A model generated the notes under the pieces. It saw only the letters and a program-made list of their open reading frames with translations, was not told where the DNA came from and searched no databases. Shown here one piece after another: positions 56,725-64,000 of a DNA stretch of 64,000 nt; positions within the stretch are counted from its first letter, which is position 1; each line of letters begins with the position of its first letter. The position numbers and the translations under genes are program-made. The stretch is from an uncultured Clostridia bacterium (GTDB lineage Bacteria; Bacillota; Clostridia; Oscillospirales; Acutalibacteraceae), in the NCBI GenBank assembly GCA_904420015.1, contig CAJFTS010000033.1:66523-130522 (forward strand), given 5' to 3'.

Positions 56725-58404
56725 ATGAGTGAATTATTAAAACGGTACTGTCCTCGTACCGAGTTTGAATCGTATGAGGATTTTTTTGAACATTACACCT
56801 GTGTGGTTCCGGAGAACTTCAACTTCGCCTACGACGTGGTGGACGAATGGGCCCGGATCGACCCGGAAAAGCCGGCGCTGGTATGGACCAATGACGCCGG
56901 GGATATGAAGCGCTTTACCTTCGGCGACATGAAGCGGCACAGCGACCAGGCGGCCAACGTTTTCGCCGCCCACGGCATCAAACAGGGCGACGTGGTGATG
57001 CTCATTTTAAAGCAGCGCCCGGAGGTGTGGATGTGCATGGTGGCGCTGATGAAACTGGGCGCCAAATGTATCCCCGCCACCTACCAGCTCACCCCCAAGG
57101 ACATCGTCTACCGCTGCAACCGGGCGCAGGTAAAGATGATCGTCTGTGTGGACGACGACGTGGTTCTCGACCATATCAAGAATTCCATCGACGAATGTCA
57201 GACCTTGGAGACCGTCGCCACGGTAGGCACCCATCCCCATGAGGGCCTTGTGGACTTCTGTAAAGAGCTCTACTCCGCCAGCGACGTGTTCCCTCGCCCC
57301 ACCGGCGACGCGGCGACAAAAAACAGCGATCCGATGCTCATCTATTTCTCCTCCGGCACCACCGGTATGCCCAAGATGGTCTGGCATGACTACGCTTACC
57401 CGCTGGGGCATATTGTCACCGCCAAATACTGGCAGTGCGTGCAGGACGGCAAAATCCACATGACCCAGACCGATTCGGGCTGGGCGAAGTTTGCATGGGG
57501 CAAAATTTACGGCCAATGGATCTGCGGCGCCTGTATCGGCGCTTACGACACGGAAAAGTTTAAGCCCCATTCCATGCTGGAAGCCATCCAGCGCATCAAG
57601 CCCACCACCTTCTGCGCCCCGGCCACCATCTACCGCTTTTTGATAAAGGAGGACCTGTCCGGATACGACTTCAGCTTCATCAAGCATGCGAGCATCGCAG
57701 GGGAGCCGCTGAACCCGGAGGTTTATAAAAAGATCCAAGAGCTCACGGGGCTGGAGCTGCACGAGGGCTTCGGCCAGTCGGAATCCTCGGTGCTTCTGGC
57801 GAATTTCCCGTGGATTCAGGTGCGCCCCGGCTCGATGGGAAAGCCCGCGCCTCTCTACGGCATCAAGCTGCTCGATGAGGACGGAAACGAGTGCGAGGAC
57901 GGCGTGACCGGCGCCATCTGCATCACCGGCACCGATAAACAGCATCCCACCGGCCTGTTCCGCGGCTACTGGAAGGATGCGGAGATTACCGACGCCTGCT
58001 GGCACGACGGGGTGTACTGCACCGGAGATATGGCCTGGCGGGATGAGGACGGGTATTATTGGTTCGTCGGACGCAACGACGACGTGATCAAATGTTCCGG
58101 CTACCGCATCGGCCCGTTCGAGGTGGAAAGCGCCCTGCTCGAGCACCCGTCTGTGCTCGAATGCGCGATCACGGCGGTGCCCGACCCGGTCCGCGGGCAG
58201 ATCGTGAAGGCCACGGTGGTGCTGGCCCGGGGCTTCTCCCCCTCCGACGCCCTCACGAAGGAGCTGCAGGACCATGTTAAAAAGGTCACCGCTCCCTACA
58301 AATATCCCCGTGTGGTGGAATATGTCGACGAGCTTCCCAAAACCATCAGCGGCAAAATCCAGCGCAACGTCATCCGCAGGAACGACATGGAAAAGAGAAA
58401 TTAA
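56725..58404 (+). CDS. AMP-dependent acyl-CoA synthetase (ACSM-like)
   Basis: YFSSGTTGMPK, EGFGQSE, TGD, GRNDD, GYRIGPFEVE, PKTISGK. Confidence 0.92.
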   Translation: MSELLKRYCPRTEFESYEDFFEHYTCVVPENFNFAYDVVDEWARIDPEKPALVWTNDAGDMKRFTFGDMKRHSDQAANVFAAHGIKQGDVVMLILKQRPEVWMCMVALMKLGAKCIPATYQLTPKDIVYRCNRAQVKMIVCVDDDVVLDHIKNSIDECQTLETVATVGTHPHEGLVDFCKELYSASDVFPRPTGDAATKNSDPMLIYFSSGTTGMPKMVWHDYAYPLGHIVTAKYWQCVQDGKIHMTQTDSGWAKFAWGKIYGQWICGACIGAYDTEKFKPHSMLEAIQRIKPTTFCAPATIYRFLIKEDLSGYDFSFIKHASIAGEPLNPEVYKKIQELTGLELHEGFGQSESSVLLANFPWIQVRPGSMGKPAPLYGIKLLDEDGNECEDGVTGAICITGTDKQHPTGLFRGYWKDAEITDACWHDGVYCTGDMAWRDEDGYYWFVGRNDDVIKCSGYRIGPFEVESALLEHPSVLECAITAVPDPVRGQIVKATVVLARGFSPSDALTKELQDHVKKVTAPYKYPRVVEYVDELPKTISGKIQRNVIRRNDMEKRN

Positions 58405-58422
58405 AATCCGCCTGAGAAACGG

Positions 58423-58459
58423 AAAAGCGGCGTGCACAAAAAACGTGCACGCCGCTTTT
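58423..58459 (+). terminator. Intrinsic terminator
   Basis: aaaagcggcgtgcac...gtgcacgccgctttt. Confidence 0.85.
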
Positions 58460-58798
58460 ATTTTGAACGAAAGCCGCCCCCGATCTCCACTGTGCACAAA
58501 CGTACCCGCCGTCCCGCCAAGCAGCCATTGCAAAAGCCGAGGGAAATGATGGGCTGCCTTTTTCTCGGGTCCATCAAAGATAGCGGCACAAAATACAACT
58601 GTGAATCCCGTTAAGCCAAGGCTTTGTGAGGGATTGCAAAGATGAATGGTATTTTATGGAAAATACTGTATCAGAAGCACTGGGCGGCACGAGATTGCCG
58701 CTAAGTTTGGATGCATCCGAAAAAGCCTCCTTGCAAGCTTCGCCTTTTCCCGCCGATACCGGCCGCCGCGTGAAAGGCCGGCCCTTCAGGCCAAACCG

Positions 58799-60094
58799 TC
58801 AATCCCCTCTTGTAGCCGGGCGGCGTTTTTGATAAAACCGCTTCTCCATCTGTCTTACCGCTTCCTCCGGCCGGGAGGGGAATGGATCGGGGTACCCCTT
58901 CTCAGCCGCCCGGATTCTCCCCTGTGCCCATTGAACCTGAAAAACAGAGCGCAGCCCCTTCTGCCTGCACAGCCATTTGGCCGCCTTCTCCCGCGTCGCC
59001 TCCCGGTCCCGCACGGTCAGAAAGGAAAGCCCGTCATGGGCGGTGTCGTCGAGCACATCCACACGGATGGACGCAGAAAAAGGGGCGCTTTCCAGCCGCC
59101 TTTTCAGCCGGGCAATGTTCTCTTCGGTGTCCAGCGTCATCAGGCAAAGGGGCGCGGCCTCCTTCGGAGGCGCCCCGTATACGCTGCTTTGATGGGCAAG
59201 GGTGCGCATGGAATGGTAGAATTCCTCCTCTTCGGCGGCGGTAAAATCCCCGTGAAAGATATGCAGCACCTCATGAATCACGGTGTAGACAAAGGGCGTG
59301 CGCCCATGCTCCTGCAAAACGGCCAGAGCCTGCTGGGCGGCCTGCGTATCCAGGGGGACGGTATGAGGATAGGTCTTTTCCGCCGCGTCGAACAAGGCCG
59401 CGCCGGACAGGACGATGGCCGGAAGCTTTTGCTCCACCCCCTCGCTTTTCGTCAGCAGGGAAGCAGGCGTCCGGGCGGTGGAAAGGACAATCGACGCGCC
59501 CCTTCCAACCATCTGATTGAGCTTCACCTTGCAGTAGGAGGGAATCGCCCCCTCCCTAAGGAGGGCCGCATCCTCCACCACCATCAAAAGCCCCCGATCC
59601 CTATGCCGGGGCAGGTGGAAGGAGTTTACCCCCAAGGAAACAGCGATCCCGATCAAAGTGTCGACCATGCGGTCCACCGCAAACAGATAGGGGTTGACGT
59701 CCGCTCCGTGGGATACGGTGATGGACATAAACACCACACAGGTAATGTAGGACGCGGAGGATTTCTTGACCAGCAGGGTAATATAGATCAGCGGAATAAT
59801 CACCAGGGAAATGACCGCATATTGCAGCACCGGCAGGTCGTGCGGCAGGCAGCTTTGTTCAAACAAAAGCACCAGCATCCCGAAAATACCGCCGATAAAG
59901 GTCCCCACGGTGCGGTTAAGGGCTACCTTGATGCTGCCTGAAACATACGGCTGCATGCAGAGCACCGCTGCAATGACGGAATAAAAGGGCATTCCCTGCC
60001 CGCGCAGCAGATAGACGGCAAAGCACAAAAAGACCGCGATCGCGGATTTGACGATCCGCAAGCCGATGGGCGGCAGCCTGTTTGCCTTTTTCAT
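58799..60094 (-). CDS. Aromatic acid exporter (FUSC-like) domain fused to degenerate Cof-type HAD domain
   Basis: IGLRIVKSAIA, NRTVGT, RMVDTLIG; C-half STARTP, LSGAALFD but no DxD. Confidence 0.75.
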   Translation of the reverse strand: MKKANRLPPIGLRIVKSAIAVFLCFAVYLLRGQGMPFYSVIAAVLCMQPYVSGSIKVALNRTVGTFIGGIFGMLVLLFEQSCLPHDLPVLQYAVISLVIIPLIYITLLVKKSSASYITCVVFMSITVSHGADVNPYLFAVDRMVDTLIGIAVSLGVNSFHLPRHRDRGLLMVVEDAALLREGAIPSYCKVKLNQMVGRGASIVLSTARTPASLLTKSEGVEQKLPAIVLSGAALFDAAEKTYPHTVPLDTQAAQQALAVLQEHGRTPFVYTVIHEVLHIFHGDFTAAEEEEFYHSMRTLAHQSSVYGAPPKEAAPLCLMTLDTEENIARLKRRLESAPFSASIRVDVLDDTAHDGLSFLTVRDREATREKAAKWLCRQKGLRSVFQVQWAQGRIRAAEKGYPDPFPSRPEEAVRQMEKRFYQKRRPATRGD

Positions 60095-60687
60095 TCCTCG
60101 TCCTCTCCTTCCGCATCCTCAAACAGGAAGCCGAGCGCATCGTCAAAATAATATACGGTGTATTCCGGCTCAATGGTCGCATGCCATAAGGGCAGCCCCG
60201 CATTCTCGTACACCCGGTCGACCAGCTTGTCCCGCTCCCGCCGTTCGGCCCGCTGATGGCTGCTGTCGTCGAGCTCAATGCCGCATAAGGGCGCAAAGCT
60301 TTTGGGGTCGCAGAGCAGGAAATCCACATGCTTGCGGTTGATCCGGTTAAAGTAGCTGAGGGTTTCCTGCCCCGCCGACCGGCTCACCTGAAACACGTCC
60401 CGCAGGGAAACCTTTGCGAATAGGGCCAGCCGCCCGCCGATATAGCTGTCCAGATACCGGTAAAAGCGCCGTTCCGCCGGGGTGAGGAAATTGCGGTTGA
60501 TCTCGTAGGGAAGGGTCCGCAGGCCCAGGTCGTACCCGTCCTCCTCTTCCTTCGCCTCCCGCCGGCGGCGAAAAAGAGGCGGCAGGGAGATCAGCAGGAT
60601 GACCGCCAGCACCCCCAGCAGCAGAAAAAAGACCAGGAGAGGCAATACGCCGCTCAGCTCGTCCCACCATTGCTCCAGCATCCCCAT
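60091..60687 (-). CDS. Membrane-anchored DUF2726 (PD-(D/E)xK-like) protein
   Basis: N-terminal TM; FLTPAE, AKVSL, HVDFLLCD, IELDDSSH. Confidence 0.8.
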   Translation of the reverse strand: MGMLEQWWDELSGVLPLLVFFLLLGVLAVILLISLPPLFRRRREAKEEEDGYDLGLRTLPYEINRNFLTPAERRFYRYLDSYIGGRLALFAKVSLRDVFQVSRSAGQETLSYFNRINRKHVDFLLCDPKSFAPLCGIELDDSSHQRAERRERDKLVDRVYENAGLPLWHATIEPEYTVYYFDDALGFLFEDAEGEDEE

Positions 60688-60826
60688 CCGTTTCCCTCCC
60701 TGTCTGCACGTTCCTTCCAAACGGCTCCCGGACAAAAGCCATGCCCTGCTCTTGCGCCCGGGGCCTCTATGTGCGCTTTTCCGGACAAAAAACCAGGTAA
60801 GAACACGTTCTTACCTGGATCTCAGC

Positions 60827-61543
60827 CTACCGCTTTTCCATTATTATAGCAATGACGTCCGCCGCCGTCAATCGGGGGACTGGAAGGAACTCCCTTGGTT
60901 CAGGCATCTGTTCCAAATAATGGGCGTCCGAATCCCGTAAAATCCGCATGTTCTGCAAAACCGGATGGGCCTTCAGCAGGGCGGGGACGTCCCCGCGGCC
61001 GCTTACCTCCGCCGCGGTGAATTCCGCCTCCGGCGGGATTTCGCCCAGCGCCGCGAGGACGCTGAAGCTCGGCTTGTCGATATGAGCCGGGAAGCAGGCC
61101 CCGTCCAGCTCCCGCACCAGCCGGGCCGCCTCGGTAAGGGAGTACCGGCAGGAGTTGACCAGGAGGATTTCCTCCTCCCCGATCTGCTCGTCGTTTTCGT
61201 CCAGAATCCGCTGGGGGCCAAACACCTCCGGCCGGTTTGGGATCGGCGGCATCGCCTCGCGTACCAATCCCGACAGCTCCAGCGCCCGTTCCAAATCCGG
61301 CAGAAGGCAAACCATATGGATGTCCTCCGCCGTTTGCAGCTCCATCCCCGGGATGACCAGCACCCCCGCCTGTTCCCCTACCTTCACGGCGGCCGGACAG
61401 TTGAGGCAGGAATTGTGGTCGGTCAGGGCAATCACATCATAGCCCTGCAGGGCCGCCATATTCACCAGGTTGTTGGGCGTCATATCCTCGTCGCCGCAGG
61501 GGGAAAGGACCGAATGCATGTGAAAATCATACCTTGCATTCAT
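60827..61543 (-). CDS. PHP-domain phosphoesterase
   Basis: DFHMHS, LTDHN, AHID, SDAH. Confidence 0.9.
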   Translation of the reverse strand: MNARYDFHMHSVLSPCGDEDMTPNNLVNMAALQGYDVIALTDHNSCLNCPAAVKVGEQAGVLVIPGMELQTAEDIHMVCLLPDLERALELSGLVREAMPPIPNRPEVFGPQRILDENDEQIGEEEILLVNSCRYSLTEAARLVRELDGACFPAHIDKPSFSVLAALGEIPPEAEFTAAEVSGRGDVPALLKAHPVLQNMRILRDSDAHYLEQMPEPREFLPVPRLTAADVIAIIMEKR

Positions 61544-61872
61544 GAAAGCAGCCTTCCAATTGCAACGGCCAGATCGTAGGTGGGCCGGTCGCTCTGCAAT
61601 ACCGTTACCCCTTCCTCGTCCGCCTTCCGCCGGGCGTCCTCATCGAGCACGGCGCTTTCCGACAGCAGGATACAGGACACGTCCGCCAGCACCGCCACCG
61701 CGATGGCGTTCAAATTCCCCATTACGGTAATCCAAACATCGTCCTCCTTGGCCCGGCCCATCACCCAGCTGAGCAGATCGCCGCAGTATCCCCCCGTCAC
61801 CAGCCGGTCAAGGCCTTCCTTTCCCGCCGCCAGCTTCAAATCCAAAAGCTGCGCCATCTGTGCCACCGTCAT
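61540..61872 (-). CDS. Stand-alone DRTGG-domain protein
   Basis: GGYCGDLLSWVM, VWIT, NAIAVAVL. Confidence 0.85.
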   Translation of the reverse strand: MTVAQMAQLLDLKLAAGKEGLDRLVTGGYCGDLLSWVMGRAKEDDVWITVMGNLNAIAVAVLADVSCILLSESAVLDEDARRKADEEGVTVLQSDRPTYDLAVAIGRLLS

Positions 61873-63200
61873 TCCTCTTCCTCCTTCCCGGCAGACTCCC
61901 GGTTTTTGGGCAGATACCCTTCCATCTCGATCAGCTGGTCGGCAATCACCTGGATTTTCTCCCGCATCTTGAAAATACAGTCGCTCTCCTTGGCTTCTCC
62001 CAGCACGATATCCTCCGCCAGCGACCGGCAGGAGGGCGCCCCGCAGGAACCGCAGTCAAGCCCCGGCAGCCGGTCGGTGATCTCCTCGACCATGCTCATC
62101 CGCTTCATGGCTTCCTCCACATTGTCCGCCAAATTGAGCACCGGCGCAAACTCCAGCTCGCCGGTCCATTTCATCCGCTCCGGCACCTGTCCCTCGGGCA
62201 GATGGTTGCAGGATACGGGCAGGTACTTGCGCAGCCGCTGGATGCGCGCCTGGGCCACATAGGGGTTTTCCACCGTGAACACGCCCCCCACGCAGCCGCC
62301 CGGGCAGGCGTTTAATTCGATGAAATCCAGCTCGCTTAAACGCTCGTCCTCCAAATCCTCCAACACCTTGATGACGTTTTCAATCCCGTCGGCCGCCAGA
62401 TGCTTCTCATTGAGCAGGGCCGCCGCCTCGCCGCCGATGCCGGCCCAGCTGACCCCGATGACGCCGGAATTGGAGATGGCTTCCGGCTCCTCCACCTTAT
62501 TCATGCAGCCCACCAGCTGCGGATAGATTTCACTGATCGCAATGGCCCCGTCCACCGACGATTTATCAATGCCGATGGGCACCTTAATGTCGGTGACCTT
62601 GGCCGCGCAGGGGGTAATGAAAAAAACGCCGATGTCCTCCGAGGGAAGGCCGGTCTTTTTCATCGCCTCCTCACGCGCCATCCGGGCCGCGGTCTCCATC
62701 GGCGCGCGCAGGGCGAGCACATGGTCGCACAGATCCGGGAAGCGCACCCGGATCAGCCGCACCACCGCCGGGCAGGCCGAGCTGATGACCGGCTTTTGCA
62801 GCGTGCCGCCCGCCATCAGACGCCGGGTAGCGTCGGATACCATTTCCGCCCCCCGCGACACCTCGAACACCTCGTCAAAGCCTACCATCTTCAGGCCGGT
62901 CAGCACAATATCGATGATATCCAAATTATTAAACTGCCCGTATAAAGCCGGCGCCGGAAGGGCGATTTTATACCGGAAGTTTTTCATCATCTCCAGCGGG
63001 TCCGACTTGGCTTTCTTCGCATGATAAGGACACACCCGGATGCAAACCGAGCAGTCGATACACCGCTCCGGGGTGATGACCGCCTTGCCGTTTCGTACCC
63101 GGATGGCTTCCGTGGGACAGCGCTTGATACAGTTGGTGCAGCCTTTGCATTTGTCTTTATCCAATGTAACCGAATGAAAAAAACGATCCATCGGAATCAC
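61869..63200 (-). CDS. [FeFe]-hydrogenase-like Fe-S protein (putative sensory)
   Basis: 2x[4Fe-4S] N-domain; SSACP, TPCAAK, ELNACPGGCVGG; C-terminal LPGLDCGSCGAPSC. Confidence 0.88.
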   Translation of the reverse strand: MIPMDRFFHSVTLDKDKCKGCTNCIKRCPTEAIRVRNGKAVITPERCIDCSVCIRVCPYHAKKAKSDPLEMMKNFRYKIALPAPALYGQFNNLDIIDIVLTGLKMVGFDEVFEVSRGAEMVSDATRRLMAGGTLQKPVISSACPAVVRLIRVRFPDLCDHVLALRAPMETAARMAREEAMKKTGLPSEDIGVFFITPCAAKVTDIKVPIGIDKSSVDGAIAISEIYPQLVGCMNKVEEPEAISNSGVIGVSWAGIGGEAAALLNEKHLAADGIENVIKVLEDLEDERLSELDFIELNACPGGCVGGVFTVENPYVAQARIQRLRKYLPVSCNHLPEGQVPERMKWTGELEFAPVLNLADNVEEAMKRMSMVEEITDRLPGLDCGSCGAPSCRSLAEDIVLGEAKESDCIFKMREKIQVIADQLIEMEGYLPKNRESAGKEEEE

Positions 63201-63229
63201 CTCGTTTCTCTGGAAAAAGGCCCTGCTTA

Positions 63230-63652
63230 TTAGACAAGGATGACCATAAATACCTTTGTCCCCTTGCCGATCTCGGTTTCAATGCGCATTTCATCGGTGT
63301 ATTTTTTAATATTGGGCAGCCCCATCCCCGCGCCGAATCCCAGCGACCGCACATGGTCGGGCGCGGTGGACCACCCTTCCTTCATGGCAAGCTCCACATT
63401 CGGGATGCCGGGCCCATGGTCGGCGAGAACAATGCTGATCTTGTCCGGTTCGATCTCCACATCCGCTTCGCCGCCGCCTGCGTGGATGACCATATTGATC
63501 TCCCCTTCATACATGGCGATGGCCACCCGCCGGACGGCGGACGGGTTAAAACCCATTTGCTTTAATTTGCGCTTGACCGCGCCGGAGGCTTCCCCCGCCC
63601 GGGTAAAATCATCCCCCGGAACGTCGTAATGCAAGTGTAACGCTTGACTCAT
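63230..63652 (-). CDS. RsbT/SpoIIAB-like Ser/Thr kinase (anti-sigma type)
   Basis: YEGEINMVIH, DHGPGI, GFGAGMGLPN GHKL motifs. Confidence 0.88.
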   Translation of the reverse strand: MSQALHLHYDVPGDDFTRAGEASGAVKRKLKQMGFNPSAVRRVAIAMYEGEINMVIHAGGGEADVEIEPDKISIVLADHGPGIPNVELAMKEGWSTAPDHVRSLGFGAGMGLPNIKKYTDEMRIETEIGKGTKVFMVILV

Positions 63653-64000
63653 TCCTTTTCACAGCCTCCCCTCAGCCCCCGCTGATAGAGGCGGCCGCAG
63701 GCGGTAAACATACGAAACCGGGTCTTGAGCAGCACGATGTCCCGCTCCTTGGCCAGCTCAATAATGGAATCGTCCGGCACCTTGCCGCGTACAAATACAA
63801 TACAGTGCATCTCCATCATGTCGGCCGTGCGCACCACCTGGGGGTTGACCAGCCCCGTCAGCAGCACCGACTGGTCCTTGACAAAGGCCAGCACGTCGCT
63901 CATCATATCGCTTCCGCAGGCGGTGTGTACCTCGGCCGCAAGACCGGTTTCACTGGCCCAAATGATATCGGCCTCTAAGATTTCCATAATGTCGCGAACA
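63649..64000 (-). CDS. DRTGG-domain protein, 5' end beyond the window
   Basis: CGSDMMSDVL, LLTGLVN, IVFVRGK; frame open (VRDIMEIL) to the window edge. Confidence 0.85.
   Translation of the reverse strand, partial: VRDIMEILEADIIWASETGLAAEVHTACGSDMMSDVLAFVKDQSVLLTGLVNPQVVRTADMMEMHCIVFVRGKVPDDSIIELAKERDIVLLKTRFRMFTACGRLYQRGLRGGCEKE

Noticed and set aside
58600-58833. Possible inverted, very degenerate element copy overlapping the FUSC-HAD stop (atcaaaaacgccgcccggc, ggcctgaagggcc on the minus strand)
   Set aside because: Similarity is too weak to call by eye and the orientation is opposite to all other copies; needs a profile search.
1023-63565. Many long ORFs antisense to or overlapping called genes (e.g. 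1023-2651+, 7460-8980+, 45786-47087+, 57007-58533-)
   Set aside because: Shadow ORFs of high-GC coding sequence; no recognisable motifs, and the opposite strand carries clear family signatures.

Overview
64 kb of chromosome from a GC-rich, spore-forming clostridial Firmicute (Oscillospirales-like; inferred from the SASP/ger genes, T-box and sigmaA promoters). Gene content is mostly core and cell-envelope. In order: a rhamnose surface-polysaccharide locus (rmlA-D-B-C, Wzm/Wzt, three GT2s, initiating transferase), a K+/H+ antiporter, metY-cysK divergent from two Rrf2 regulators, a T-box-controlled trpE-GD-C-F-B-A operon, TetR-MMPL-Pip-like genes, MBOAT+DHHW, a ger operon, the ispH/rpsA-plsC-cmk cluster, pyrB, an acyl-CoA synthetase pair, and a DRTGG/kinase/hydrogenase-like/PHP module running off the right end. 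No rRNA, tRNA, CRISPR array, prophage or transposase gene was seen. Three things are not explained by the gene calls. (1) A family of ~215-250 bp non-coding elements with hairpins at both ends (IS200/IS605-like non-autonomous, PATE-type). It occurs at six loci, all in the same orientation and each just past the 3' end of a minus-strand gene, and includes two head-to-tail arrays. (2) A 44-codon leader ORF with a Met-Cys-Leu-Cys run that overlaps the metY start and pairs with its ribosome-binding site, a candidate cysteine-sensing translational attenuator. (3) A small divergent SLOG/Arc module with 11-bp-phased GTCA repeats. Several unusual fusions are also present. All functional models are inference from sequence reading; no searches were run.
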